A stretch of DNA of 64,000 nt. Source: an uncultured delta proteobacterium. GTDB lineage: Bacteria; Desulfobacterota; RBG-13-43-22. Position 1 is the first letter of the stretch, and each line of letters begins with the position of its first letter. A model generated the notes under the pieces. The model was given only the letters and a program-made list of their open reading frames with translations, was not told the origin of the DNA and ran no database searches. This document shows, one piece after another, positions 1-10,409 of the stretch. A program made the translations under genes and the position numbers. Where the stretch lies: the NCBI GenBank assembly GCA_963790475.1, contig CAWBOS010000010.1, positions 544,001 to 608,000 of the forward strand, written 5' to 3'.

Positions 1-364
1 GGATGTGATCGTCCCCTTTTCCAAGGTTCCGGAGATGATGAAGGAACTGAAGCGGCTGGAGAAAAAATACAACACAACGATTTTCACCGTGGGACACATA
101 GCCGATGGAAATCTTCACACCCATTTTTATAAACCTGATGAAGTTCCTTCTGAAAATTGGACTGAATACGCCAAAAAGATCTATGACGATCTGACCGATT
201 GCGCTTTGAAATTAGGGGGGGTAGGCAGCGGAGAACATGGGATAGGGCTGTTGAAAAAAGCGATCTTTCTCAGGACCAAGTCACCCGCGGAGATTGAAGT
301 CATGCGCGGGATCAAGAAGGCCTTCGACCCCAATTATCTTTTGAACCCCGGCAAGATCATTTAA
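1..364 (+). CDS. FAD-linked oxidase (GlcD/D-lactate dehydrogenase family), C-terminal part, truncated by window start
   Basis: GHIADGNLH, SGEHGIG and FDPNYLLNPGKI motifs of the FAD-oxidase_C domain. Confidence 0.9.
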   Translation, partial: DVIVPFSKVPEMMKELKRLEKKYNTTIFTVGHIADGNLHTHFYKPDEVPSENWTEYAKKIYDDLTDCALKLGGVGSGEHGIGLLKKAIFLRTKSPAEIEVMRGIKKAFDPNYLLNPGKII

Positions 365-403
365 AACCTATTACCAGGTCCAGATTTCGGAGGACAATCT
401 GCC

Positions 404-461
404 CGTTGCTCGTTGCTCGATGCTCGGAAAAACGAGTAACCAGCAACGAGTAACGAGTAAC
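404..461. repeat. Inverted pair of 7-bp tandem arrays, (CGTTGCT)x3 facing (AACGAGT/AACCAGC)x4
   Basis: Read directly from sequence; the right array approximates the reverse complement of the left. Confidence 0.85.
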
Positions 462-489
462 AGAGAGCCTTAATTAGGCGCTGGGAATA

Positions 490-1926
490 TTGAAAGGAAA
501 ACCTTTGGAAGAGAAAAAACAGGTAATAGAAGCGGCGGAGTTGGATCTTCTTTTCAATCCCCGTTCCCTGGCCGTTATTGGTATTTCCGGCGATCCGGGT
601 CGGGGAGGCGGATTCATCTGGTGGAAAATTCAGGCCCAGCGGTATCCCGGTAAAAAATACCCGGTAAGCCGAAGTTGTAAGGAGTTGGACGGGATTCCCT
701 GTTACCCTTCCCTGACCGATATCGCCGAACCGATCGACCTGGTCATTGCCGCTATCCCTGCCGCAGCGGTGGAAAAATTGGTGGCCGAATGCGCCCAGAA
801 GAAGGTTAAATTTATCGTCATTCATGCCGCCGGTTTTGCCGAGTTGGGCGAAGAAGGGAAAAGTTTACAGGAAAGGGTGGTTGGGATTGCCAGAGAACAT
901 GGAATTCGCCTGGTCGGGCCCAACTGCATGGGTATTTATTGCCCGGAAGCCCACTTGAATACGATTGTTGAACTCGAAGAATCGGACGCCCTGCCTGGCG
1001 GTGTGGCCTTCTCCGGGCAAAGCGGTTGGGCCACAGAACACTTCGTGGTCGGAGGAAATGACCGGGGACTCAGATTCAGCAAGGTTATCAGCAGCGGCAA
1101 TCAGGCCGATCTCAATTTTTTCGATTTCCTGGCTTACTTCGGTGCCGATCCATCGACCAAGGTTATCTGTGCTTACATTGAAGGTCTGTCGCGGGGGAGG
1201 GAAGTCCTGGGTCTGGCCTCTCAGGTGGGTCGCAGCAAACCGGTTATTATCTGGAAATCAGGATTCAGTCAGGCCGGTAGGCGAGCCGCCCTGTCCCATT
1301 CCGGGTCCATCACCGGGACCCGGGAAATCTGGATGGGCGCAGCTAGAAGTGCCGGGATCGTTGCGGCCGAAGGATTCGAAGAACTGGCCGATTTGGCCGT
1401 GGCTTTTTCCGCCCCACCGTTTCCCAGGGGCAACAAAGTGGGGATCATGGCCGAGGCCGGAGGGGGCGGCATATCCGCTGCCGATGCTTGTGAAAAACTG
1501 GGACTGGAGGTGAGACCATTCAGTTCCCGCCTGAGGGATCGCCTGACGATTTTTTTAAAAGATTATCTTCCCCCGTTCTCCGGGACCAGCAATCCCCTGG
1601 ACCTGGTCTGGCTTCCCAGGGAAACGGCTTTGACCATCTGCTCCAGGAGTATTGAGATGATGGCCGAAGAGGTGGATTCGGTCATTATGATGTCCTATAT
1701 GCCTTTTGTGGTCCCCGATATTCTTACCTCATTCATTGAAACCCTGGCTGGTTTGAGAGACCGGCTCCACCTGCCTATTTACGTGGTCCCGCCCTATGCC
1801 TCCAAAGCCGGAGAGGCCATGAAGGCTTTAACCCTGGCCGGTCTGCCGGCCTTTCCCTCCTTTGAAAGGGCGGCCAGGGCCGTATCGGCTACTTGCGGTT
1901 GGCAGGCTAGAGTTTTTTCAGAGTGA
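490..1926 (+). CDS. ADP-forming acyl-CoA synthetase alpha-type subunit (CoA-binding + succinyl-CoA ligase-like domains)
   Basis: LFNPRSLAVIG, GPNCMG, SSGNQAD, ALSHSGSITG (phospho-His), NPLDL motifs; TTG start uncertain. Confidence 0.88.
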   Translation: MKGKPLEEKKQVIEAAELDLLFNPRSLAVIGISGDPGRGGGFIWWKIQAQRYPGKKYPVSRSCKELDGIPCYPSLTDIAEPIDLVIAAIPAAAVEKLVAECAQKKVKFIVIHAAGFAELGEEGKSLQERVVGIAREHGIRLVGPNCMGIYCPEAHLNTIVELEESDALPGGVAFSGQSGWATEHFVVGGNDRGLRFSKVISSGNQADLNFFDFLAYFGADPSTKVICAYIEGLSRGREVLGLASQVGRSKPVIIWKSGFSQAGRRAALSHSGSITGTREIWMGAARSAGIVAAEGFEELADLAVAFSAPPFPRGNKVGIMAEAGGGGISAADACEKLGLEVRPFSSRLRDRLTIFLKDYLPPFSGTSNPLDLVWLPRETALTICSRSIEMMAEEVDSVIMMSYMPFVVPDILTSFIETLAGLRDRLHLPIYVVPPYASKAGEAMKALTLAGLPAFPSFERAARAVSATCGWQARVFSE

Positions 1927-2248
1927 ATGATCCCTGCACATTGAGTTAAGGATTTCCATTTGTAATTCAAGAGAAAGAAGCTGAAAGTCTCTTCGAGGTA
2001 GAGGAAGATTTTTTTCCTTTTTTGATCATCCGATCCGGACGATCCCAAAATACATCCCCCCCAATCCATAAATACTGTCTCCAGAGTATTTATTCTTCAC
2101 GACCATTCTTATAGGGTTATAAACAATTATATACAAGAAGATTCATTTTCCCCGATCATCAAAAGTTGAAACCCTGAGTATCTGATCTCAAAACAAAGGA
2201 TTCGAGAGGATTTCCGGGCAGAAATTTTCCGAAGCCAAAGGGGGAGGT

Positions 2249-4774
2249 ATGATTTCGTTCAACGTTAACGGGAAAAATTATAGGATCGAGGCAGCCGAAG
2301 AAACCCCACTTCTGTGGGTGATCCGCGACCATCTCGGATTGACCGGTACAAAATTCGGGTGCGGCATTTCCCAATGCGGTGCTTGTACCGTGCAGGTCGA
2401 CGGAGAGGCCGTCCGTTCCTGCGTCACACCCGTTTCCGCCGTTGTGGGAAAAAAAGTCATCACTATCGAAGGACTTTCCCTTGACGGCCGGCATCCGGTG
2501 CAGCAAGCCTGGATCGCCGACGAAGTACCTCAGTGCGGCTATTGCCATTCAGGACAGATCATGTCCGCCGCCGCACTCCTGGCTAAGATTCCCAAACCCA
2601 CCGATGCCGATATTGATCAGGCCATGTCTGGAAATCTCTGTCGCTGCGGAACCTATCAGCGTATCCGCCGGGCTATCCATCGTGCTGCCGGAATGATGGA
2701 CAGAGGTGGAATTCAGAGGCCGTCGATAGTCGAATCTTCCGAGGTGGCCCTTAACGCATTTGTACGGGTCGGGAAAGAGGGCGGCATAACTATCTTGGTC
2801 AACAAATCAGAAATGGGACAAGGGGTTTACACGGCCTTGCCCATGCTTGTGGCCGAAGAACTGGAATGCGACTGGGCCGAGGTGCGCGTGGAATCGGCTC
2901 CCGTCGATCCTGTATATAACCATACGAACATTGGTTTTCAGATGACCGGGGGCAGTTCCAGTGTTTACAGCGAATGGGACCGTTTGCGAAAGGTCGGTGC
3001 GAGTGCCCGGGAAATGTTGATAGCCGCTGCGGCCGAGATCTGGAAGATTGAAAAAAGCCGCTGTCGGGCCGAAAATGGATTCGTGATTCAACCCGGCGGG
3101 AAAAAGCTGACCTATGGGCAGTTAGCGGAAAAAGCCGCCGCAATGCCGGTGCCCAAAGAGGTTCGGCTCAAAGATCCCTCGACCTTTAAATTGATCGGAC
3201 GACCGATCAAACGCCTGGATACGCCGGCCAAGACCAACGGCACGGCCCTTTTCGGCATGGATGTTAAGATTCCAAACATGCTCACGGCCCTGATCAGCCG
3301 TCCCCCGGTTTTCGGAGGCAAGGTAAAGGAGTTCGATCCTGAAAAGGCTAAAGCCGTGGCCGGGGTTAAAGAAGTGGTGAACATCGAAGCCGGGGTAGCC
3401 GTGGCGGCCGTTGATTTTCGGTCGGCTACTCTCGGAAGAAAGGCGCTGAAGATCACCTGGGATGAAGGCTCCCTGGCTGATCTTTCGACAGCCGGAATGC
3501 GGGAGAAATATGCAAACCTGGCCAAAACCCCCGGGGTTGTTGCCCAAAAAGAAGGGGACCCGGAAAAAGTTATGGCGGCAGCGGCCAGACAGATCCGGGC
3601 TGAATATGAAGTCCCTTTTCTGGCCCATGCCCCCATGGAGCCGTTGAACTGTTGTGTCGATTTACGTCCCCACAGTCTGGAAATTTGGACAGGCACACAA
3701 TTTCAGACGGTCGATCGCGATGCTGCGGCCCGGGTGGCCGGACTCAAACCGGAAGAGGTCAAAATTCATACCACTTTCCTGGGCGGGGGTTTCGGACGCA
3801 GGGCAAATCCCAACTCGGATTTTGTGGTCGAGGCCGTGCAGGTCGCCATGGCAATTAAAAAACCAGTCAAGGTGATTTGGACCCGCGAAGATGATATCAG
3901 AGGGGGCTATTACCGGCCCATGTGGTTCGACCGGATTGCCGCCGGTCTTGATTTAAGTGGAAATTTGACGGCCTGGGAGCATACCATAGTCGGACAATCG
4001 ATCCTGAAAGGGTCCCCCTTCGCCCCGATGATGATCAAAAAGGGAATTGATCCCACCTCGGTGGAAGGGGCGGAAGATATCCCTTATGAGATCCCTAATA
4101 TCGTTGTCAGGCTGCATAGTCCTGACATCGGCGTGCCGGTTCAATGGTGGCGTTCGGTCGGCCATTCCCACACTGCCTTTGTGGTGGAGAGTTTTTTGGA
4201 TGAGATCGCCCACAGTCTGGGGAAAGATCCCTATGAATTTCGCCGACGTCTCCTGGCCCGGCACCCGCGTCATCTTGGCGTACTCGACCTGGCCGCCGAA
4301 AAGGCTGGCTGGGGGACAGCACCCGAAGCCGGCCGGGGGCGGGGAATAGCCCTGCACATGTCTTTTGGAAGCTTTATCGCCCAGGTGGCTGAAGTTTCCG
4401 TCACTCCGGCGGGTCAGGTGCGGGTTCATAAGGTTGTTTGCGCCGTGGACTGCGGCCGGGTGGTGAACCCTGACACCATCAAGGCCCAGATGGAGGGAGG
4501 GATTGTCTTCGGTCTTTCCGCCGCCCTCCATGGTGCTATTACTTTTAAGAACGGCAGGGTGGAACAGAGTAATTTCCACAACTATCGACTTCTGACCATG
4601 GAGGAGATGCCGGAGGTCGAGGTCCACATCGTCCCCAGCAGTGAAGACCTGGGTGGTGTGGGGGAACCGGGGGTGCCCCCTATCGCTCCCGCCGTGGGTA
4701 ATGCCGTTTTTGCTATCACCGGCATCCGTATTCGACGACTACCCATCAACCCGGAGGATTTAAAAAAAGCATAG
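2249..4774 (+). CDS. Fused (2Fe-2S) small subunit + molybdopterin large subunit, isoquinoline 1-oxidoreductase/xanthine dehydrogenase family (IorA-IorB fusion)
   Basis: N-terminal [22 protein letters not shown] and NLCRCGTY; then [23 protein letters not shown] and GVGEPG; GGGGAGG RBS. Confidence 0.92.
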   Translation: MISFNVNGKNYRIEAAEETPLLWVIRDHLGLTGTKFGCGISQCGACTVQVDGEAVRSCVTPVSAVVGKKVITIEGLSLDGRHPVQQAWIADEVPQCGYCHSGQIMSAAALLAKIPKPTDADIDQAMSGNLCRCGTYQRIRRAIHRAAGMMDRGGIQRPSIVESSEVALNAFVRVGKEGGITILVNKSEMGQGVYTALPMLVAEELECDWAEVRVESAPVDPVYNHTNIGFQMTGGSSSVYSEWDRLRKVGASAREMLIAAAAEIWKIEKSRCRAENGFVIQPGGKKLTYGQLAEKAAAMPVPKEVRLKDPSTFKLIGRPIKRLDTPAKTNGTALFGMDVKIPNMLTALISRPPVFGGKVKEFDPEKAKAVAGVKEVVNIEAGVAVAAVDFRSATLGRKALKITWDEGSLADLSTAGMREKYANLAKTPGVVAQKEGDPEKVMAAAARQIRAEYEVPFLAHAPMEPLNCCVDLRPHSLEIWTGTQFQTVDRDAAARVAGLKPEEVKIHTTFLGGGFGRRANPNSDFVVEAVQVAMAIKKPVKVIWTREDDIRGGYYRPMWFDRIAAGLDLSGNLTAWEHTIVGQSILKGSPFAPMMIKKGIDPTSVEGAEDIPYEIPNIVVRLHSPDIGVPVQWWRSVGHSHTAFVVESFLDEIAHSLGKDPYEFRRRLLARHPRHLGVLDLAAEKAGWGTAPEAGRGRGIALHMSFGSFIAQVAEVSVTPAGQVRVHKVVCAVDCGRVVNPDTIKAQMEGGIVFGLSAALHGAITFKNGRVEQSNFHNYRLLTMEEMPEVEVHIVPSSEDLGGVGEPGVPPIAPAVGNAVFAITGIRIRRLPINPEDLKKA

Positions 4775-5230
4775 CGGACCTTCACGCGGATAGGTGAAGG
4801 GGTTCCTCAGACTCCAGGAATCTCCGGGAAGGAGGGACAATGATTCGAGGCAAATTCCCAAGGATGGGTGTCAGCCGGGATGCCCTGCCCTGAGAAAGGG
4901 GGAGGCGTCCTTCAAAAATGTCTGGCCCTGAAAGAGATAAGCCTGTCACCGTTATCCCCGAAGGCCTTTAGACAAGCCCGATTAAACCGCAGGAAAATTT
5001 ATCCTTATAGCCCATTCTTTAATCCTTTTCTGCTGATTCGTCTCCCAACCAAAGAATAAGCTGCCATTTTTTTAATTTGTAATCTTAGTGGTGATGTTAT
5101 AATCTTGGCTCATGAAAAAATGATAGATATTACAATTTATTTTCTTTCATCATTTCTGTAATTTCTCAGGTGAGGAGGTTTAAGGGCAAAAAACAAGGTT
5201 GTAAAATAAACGATTAAAGGAGAAAAAATA

Positions 5231-6127
5231 ATGGGACTTTTAGATGGTAAAGTGGCGATCATCACCGGCTCCGGCCGGGGAGTAGGCAGGGGTGAAGCCT
5301 TGGCGATGGCCAAAGAAGGGGCTAAAGTCGTGATCAATGATCTTGGAGGCTCCCTGGATGGCAGGGGTGAACGGTCCATGGTAGCTGATCAGGTGGTAAA
5401 TGAAATCACGGCCATGGGTGGTCAGGCCGTTTCCGATTACTCGGATGTGGGGACATTGGAAGGGGTGGACAACATGATCTGGAAGGCCCTCAGCAAATTC
5501 GGCCGTTTGGATATCATGGTCCACAACGCCGGGGTCCTGCGAGACAAAATGCTTCTGAATATGGAGGAAGACGACTGGGACTTTGTCCAGAAGGTTCATT
5601 CAAAAGGTTCCTTTCTTTGTACCCGGGCGGCAGGGCGTGTCATGAGGACCCAAGGGCAGGGAGGGGTCATCATGAATACCACCTCCATGTCCGGCCTCAT
5701 GGGGAATTTCGGCCAGGCCAATTATAGTTTTGCCAAGGCGGGGATGTATGGGTTTACCAAAACCGCTGCCGCAGAACTGGGGCGCTACGGCATACGGGTC
5801 CACGCCATCTGCCCCAACGCCTACACCCGCATGACGGCCAATCTCCCCGCCCTGAAAGGGATCACCGAGGAAATGCTCGATCCGGGTACCATGGCCCCAT
5901 TAGTGGTCTTTTTGGCCTCCGACCTGGCTAAGAAGCTTAATGGCCGTGTCCTTTTGGCCCATGGAGGAACTATCGGGGTCAAGGTGGCCGAGTTCAAGAT
6001 GAGTATGGCCAAGGGCTTCAATAAAAAAGACGGGATCCCTACCCCTCTGGAAATTTCCGACCACATCGATCAGGTGCTGATCCCGGACCCGGATCTGGAG
6101 ATGATGGCCGCCTTAAAGTTTGACTAG
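5231..6127 (+). CDS. Short-chain dehydrogenase/reductase (3-hydroxyacyl-CoA dehydrogenase-like SDR)
   Basis: TGSGRGVG, NAG and YSFAK catalytic motifs, GNFGQANY. Confidence 0.93.
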   Translation: MGLLDGKVAIITGSGRGVGRGEALAMAKEGAKVVINDLGGSLDGRGERSMVADQVVNEITAMGGQAVSDYSDVGTLEGVDNMIWKALSKFGRLDIMVHNAGVLRDKMLLNMEEDDWDFVQKVHSKGSFLCTRAAGRVMRTQGQGGVIMNTTSMSGLMGNFGQANYSFAKAGMYGFTKTAAAELGRYGIRVHAICPNAYTRMTANLPALKGITEEMLDPGTMAPLVVFLASDLAKKLNGRVLLAHGGTIGVKVAEFKMSMAKGFNKKDGIPTPLEISDHIDQVLIPDPDLEMMAALKFD

Positions 6128-6216
6128 CCAACAATTCTCTTCGGCCTCCTTCGGGGGGGCAGGGCCATTAGACTGCTAATATTTAGCAGGGGGTAAGACA
6201 AAGAGACCATTAAACG

Positions 6217-6267
6217 TGGGACACCGGTCTTGTTATCGGGTTGGATATAAAACATGACCGGTGTCCC
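6217..6267. repeat. Intergenic inverted repeat GGGACACCGGTC...GACCGGTGTCCC
   Basis: 12-bp perfect arms between convergent genes; possible REP-like element or bidirectional terminator. Confidence 0.6.
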
Positions 6268-6273
6268 CATTTT

Positions 6274-6563
6274 TCATACCGTTTCAAACCACATCGGTTT
6301 TTTTGCATAGGGATGGCCGCTGTAATTGACCGTGATTTCCTCTCCTGTCCGGATATCCCGCAGGGCGAAGAATTCGACCATCTGTTCTTCAAGACTTTTC
6401 CGGTAAAAGGCGTTGGGTTCATAGGAGTGGTTAATAAGGGAACCTATTCCCAAATGGAACCTCGGGTAAAGTCCTGTCTGGCAAACACGCAACGCCCTTT
6501 TCCAGGGAGAAGGCGTATTTCAAAGAGGGTTTCAGAGGGTCTTGTTAAGGATGTTAAGGCCAA
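6274..6563 (-). pseudogene. SET-domain protein remnant with internal deletion
   Basis: One frame gives FEIRLLPGKGRCVFARQDFTRGS; another gives LGIGSLINHSYEPNA...ALRDIRTGEEITVNY. The central SET segment is missing at ~6450. Confidence 0.8.
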
Positions 6564-6689
6564 GATTCACTTGAGGGACAGGATTGAGTCCGATCCTCCA
6601 ACGGGGAGGGACCCTAAGTATTTTTTGTGTTTTGTTGTGTCCGTTGCACACGAACAGGAAGGTTAGCAGCTCTGATAGAGAAGGCCAAA

Positions 6690-7406
6690 TTAAACTTCCA
6701 GATACTTGGCCCGAGCCTCCGGGTTGGCTTTTAATTCATCTACCGTACCGGTAAAACCGACATGGGCCTTGCCCATCAAATAGAGCCGGTGGGCCAAAGA
6801 CATGGCTACCTTTAGGTTATGCTCCACCAGAAGAATGGACACACCGGCCTTGTTGATTTCGGCCAAAACATCGCGCACCTCTTTGACCATAAGCGGTGAC
6901 AGACCTTCTGTGGGCTCATCCACCAGCAGGAGGTCGGGATTACCCATCAACGAGCGACCAATGGTCAGCATCTGCTGTTCCCCTCCGGAGAGAATTCCCC
7001 CTTTCTGCTGGGCCCTTTTTTCAAGCGTAGGGAAATGCTGGAAGATCCTTTCCACTGTCCAGGTATTGGGATCATCAGGGTTCTTTATTTTTCCCCCCTT
7101 GATTCCCATAAACAGGTTTTCACGCACGGTGAGATTGGGGAAGATGCGCCTTTCCTCGGGAACGTATCCGATACCAAACCTGGCTACCCTATAAGACGGA
7201 TAACCGCAAATATTTTTTCCTTTAAAGACCACCGATCCCGATTTCGCCCTGACCACACCCATGATACTTTTTAAAGTGGTGCTCTTCCCCATACCGTTGC
7301 GACCTAAAAGGGCAACTAATTCCCCTTGTTCAACGTTTATGGAGATTCCCTGCAACACATGACTCGTGCCGTAGTAGGTATTCAAGTCCTGAACTTCCAA
7401 TAACAT
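6690..7406 (-). CDS. livF: Branched-chain amino acid-type ABC transporter ATPase LivF
   Basis: GRNGMGKST, LSGGEQQML, LLVDEPTEGL. Confidence 0.92.
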   Translation of the reverse strand: MLLEVQDLNTYYGTSHVLQGISINVEQGELVALLGRNGMGKSTTLKSIMGVVRAKSGSVVFKGKNICGYPSYRVARFGIGYVPEERRIFPNLTVRENLFMGIKGGKIKNPDDPNTWTVERIFQHFPTLEKRAQQKGGILSGGEQQMLTIGRSLMGNPDLLLVDEPTEGLSPLMVKEVRDVLAEINKAGVSILLVEHNLKVAMSLAHRLYLMGKAHVGFTGTVDELKANPEARAKYLEV

Positions 7407-7438
7407 GGTGGCTTACCTCGTATCTCTAACTTGAAAAA

Positions 7439-7536
7439 AGGGTTCCAGGTTTCAAGGGTTCGAGGGTTCAAGGGACTTTACTACAATGCGTTTCACTTGA
7501 ACCCTCCGCTCCGCGGTCCCTGACCCCTTGAATCCT
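7439..7536. repeat. Inverted 8-bp tandem arrays (AGGGTTCN)x4 ... (TGAACCCT-like)
   Basis: Seen directly in the livG-livF junction. Confidence 0.75.
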
Positions 7537-7545
7537 GATTAATTC

Positions 7546-8292
7546 TCAATATTCCAATTCTCCCAAATAGGCATCCTTAACCTCTTGGTTGTCGCGGATT
7601 TCAGTTGGTGGTCCCGAGGCCAGAATTCGTCCATAGTGAAGGACCGTGATACGGTCGGCCAAAGAGAAGACCACATCCATATCATGCTCGATGATGACCA
7701 CGGTCTTGCCTTCGGTGAGTCTTCTGATCAATTCTACTGCCGTGTGTGTTTCGTCTCGGGACATGCCGGCCGTAGGTTCGTCCAGCATGATCAGATCGGG
7801 GTCAGTGGCCAAGGCCATGCTTATTTCCAGGGCACGATGTTTCCCGTAGGATAGTAATCCGGCGGGGATATCACGCTCACGGGTGAGATTGATTCGTTTC
7901 AAAACTTCGTCGGTCTCTTGGGTAACGTTCTGCATTTTGTCTAATTTGCGGAGCATTTGGAAACGGATTCCTCTCTTGGAGAGGATGGCTTGTCGAATGT
8001 TCTGAAAAGCCGTCAATTTGGCAAAGGTAGTGGTGATCTGAAAGGAACGTCCCATGCCGAGGCGGGATAGTTGGTGCGGCTCAGACTGGGTGACCGCTTT
8101 CCCTTTAAATAATACCTGCCCTTGTGTGGCGTGGTATCTACCGGTGATCACATTGAAGAGAGTGGTTTTCCCGGCGCCATTGGGCCCAATGAGGGCCAGT
8201 CGCTCTCCTTCTTTAACTTCCAGGTTGATATCAAATAGAACTTCCAACTTTTTAAAGGCGTGATAAAGTCCCTTGGTCTCAAGAATGTTCAT
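7546..8292 (-). CDS. livG: ABC transporter ATPase LivG
   Basis: GPNGAGKTT, LSYG, LDEPTAG, EHDM, VKDAYLG; start taken at MNILE overlapping the livM stop. Confidence 0.92.
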   Translation of the reverse strand: MNILETKGLYHAFKKLEVLFDINLEVKEGERLALIGPNGAGKTTLFNVITGRYHATQGQVLFKGKAVTQSEPHQLSRLGMGRSFQITTTFAKLTAFQNIRQAILSKRGIRFQMLRKLDKMQNVTQETDEVLKRINLTRERDIPAGLLSYGKHRALEISMALATDPDLIMLDEPTAGMSRDETHTAVELIRRLTEGKTVVIIEHDMDVVFSLADRITVLHYGRILASGPPTEIRDNQEVKDAYLGELEY

Positions 8293-9266
8293 GAAACCTT
8301 CTCCTTTTGAAACCATTTTTGCTTGACCGTTTTGAAAAGGCCGATCAGACCCTGGGGGGCAAATAAAACCACCAGGATAAAAATTGCGCCGTTTACCAGT
8401 CCGATTCGCTCAGTAAAGCGGATGGCTAAAGTTTCCAATATATGAAGGACCCCCGAACCGATGATCGGTCCGACGAAGCTTCCGACACCACCGATGTAGG
8501 CCATCATGATGGGGGCAAAGGAGGTCCCGATGTCCAAGACCCCGATCGTGGAGACCAGTTTTTGGAGAAGCCCGTTAACCGAACCGGCAATTCCGGCGAA
8601 GACACCGCTGACGATCAGGTTGATGGCCTTGGTATGATTTAGATTGAAGCCCAGGTAATCCATGCGCAGGGCATTATCCCGAATCCCGACGATCAGGCTG
8701 CCGAAGGGGGTCTTGGTGTAAAACCACAAGATTAAGAGACAGATGGCAACCACTACCATGGCAAAATAATAGTAATTGATCTGGTTGGTCATATCGATGG
8801 ACACGATTCCCGGAATATTCAAAGGCGGAATGGTAAATCCGCTGATGCCATCCTCCCCGCCGGTTACCTCCCTGAATTTCAAGGCCAGGACAAAGATGAG
8901 TTGCCCGAAGGCCATGGTCAACATGGCAAAGGCTGTCCCGCTGACCCTGACCAGCAGCGGACTTAAAATCACGGCCAAGAGGCCGGAGGCCAGCCCGCCG
9001 AGCAATATGGCCGGCAATAAAGGTAATCCCGGGATGCGTGTCAAGGCAATGGCCGTGGCATAGGCGCCGGTGCCGAAGAACATGGCGTGACCGAAACTGA
9101 GGACCCCCATATAGCCCAGCAGCAGATTAACTGTTACGGCATAGAGAGAAAAGATGGCAAAGGCCAAAAATAGGTTGGTATAATAGATGTTGAAAAGGCG
9201 CGGAAAGGCGGCGACGATGATAAAGACCAAACCCCAGAGAATCCAATTAGACCACTTCTTACTCAT
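8289..9266 (-). CDS. livM: Branched-chain amino acid ABC permease LivM
   Basis: GVLSFGHAMFFGTGAY, TGGEDGI, GGVGSFVGP. Confidence 0.92.
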   Translation of the reverse strand: MSKKWSNWILWGLVFIIVAAFPRLFNIYYTNLFLAFAIFSLYAVTVNLLLGYMGVLSFGHAMFFGTGAYATAIALTRIPGLPLLPAILLGGLASGLLAVILSPLLVRVSGTAFAMLTMAFGQLIFVLALKFREVTGGEDGISGFTIPPLNIPGIVSIDMTNQINYYYFAMVVVAICLLILWFYTKTPFGSLIVGIRDNALRMDYLGFNLNHTKAINLIVSGVFAGIAGSVNGLLQKLVSTIGVLDIGTSFAPIMMAYIGGVGSFVGPIIGSGVLHILETLAIRFTERIGLVNGAIFILVVLFAPQGLIGLFKTVKQKWFQKEKVS

Positions 9267-10137
9267 TCTCTTTCTCCAAATAAACCCATGGGTTTAAAGG
9301 CCAGCACCAGGGCCATAAAGGTAAACATCAGGACCGGCGCCAGCCGGGGAATAAACTGAATACCGTAAGCATTTAATTCCCCCAGAAAGAGGGCCACGAT
9401 AAAGGCGCCACCCAGGCTCCCGAATCCTCCGACTACTACCACTACAAAGGCATCCATCCCTAACAGATCGGCCATTCCGGGAAAGACGGTCAGAAGCGGT
9501 CCGGCCACCGCCCCGGCTATACCGGCCAGCCAGATACCGATGCCGAAAACCGCCATAAAGACCAGAGGGGTATTAATCCCTAAGGCGCTGACCATTTCCG
9601 GGTCGGAAACAGCCGCCCGGACGATCATGCCCAACCTGGTCTTGAAGAGAATAAAGGCCATAAAAGCCAATACCAATAAAGATATTCCGATAATAAAAAG
9701 GCGGTAGACCGGGTAGATCAGACCGGATAGATGCAACAGCCCGTTCAGGCTGGTACTGGTATGGAGACAACCAGACTCTCCGTGCCCCAGAAGAACTTGA
9801 CGATTTCAAGGATGAGGGTCATGAGCCCCACAGTTAAGAGGAGTTCGGCCAGATGTCCCTGTTTATGGACCGGACGCAAGAGAAAACGCTCAGCCACAAC
9901 CCCGCAGAATCCGGCAGCCACTGGGGCAATCAACAGTGACAGCCAAAAATTTCCGGTAAGTTGCGTAACCGTGAAACAGAAATAGGCGGACAACATGGCA
10001 AAAGAGGCGTGGGCGATGTTCAGAATTCCCATCATACCGAATATCAAGGTAAGACCGGATGCAATCAGGAACAGCAACATGCCGTAGGCCAAACCGTGGA
10101 TGGCCTGGGCGATATACAAAACAGTCGTCGGACTCAT
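9263..10137 (-). CDS. livH: ABC permease LivH; single-base frameshift near 9750 (probable sequencing error)
   Basis: ASGLTLIFGMMGILNIAH in 9745..10137 continues as GMIVRAA...VVVGGFGS in 9263..9736. Confidence 0.88.
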
Positions 10138-10349
10138 CTATTATCCTCCTGCCGATGAATCTAAAAAGAGCGTGGGACAAAGAAATCTACAATATCCAGA
10201 ACCCCAGCTTTGCCTCCCGGGGGTGAGGTGTTGGAGATTTTTTCAGGTCCGTCAGAGCCAATGAACCAGTGAAAAGTCAATAATACTGATTCCCGTCAGT
10301 CCCGGACCTGATTCAGGTGGGACGGGGGTTACGGTGAGAATTTTACGAA

Positions 10350-10394
10350 TCCCGCAAAGCACGACCCTAAAAAATTGAGGTGTGCTTTGCGGGA
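10350..10394 (-). terminator. 13-bp stem hairpin after the substrate-binding protein gene (terminator or mRNA-stabilising hairpin)
   Basis: TCCCGCAAAGCAC / GTGCTTTGCGGGA perfect inverted repeat. Confidence 0.65.
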
Positions 10395-10409
10395 AGAAAT
10401 TGAGCTACC

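Noticed and set aside
404-461. CRISPR array (also considered for the REP-like repeats)
   Set aside because: Units are 7-8 bp without spacers, the other repeats are dispersed, and no cas genes are present.
4840-4893. 17-codon ORF with a strong AAGGAGG RBS after the IorAB gene
   Set aside because: Too short to assign; could be a deleted-gene stub, but no family resemblance was recognised.
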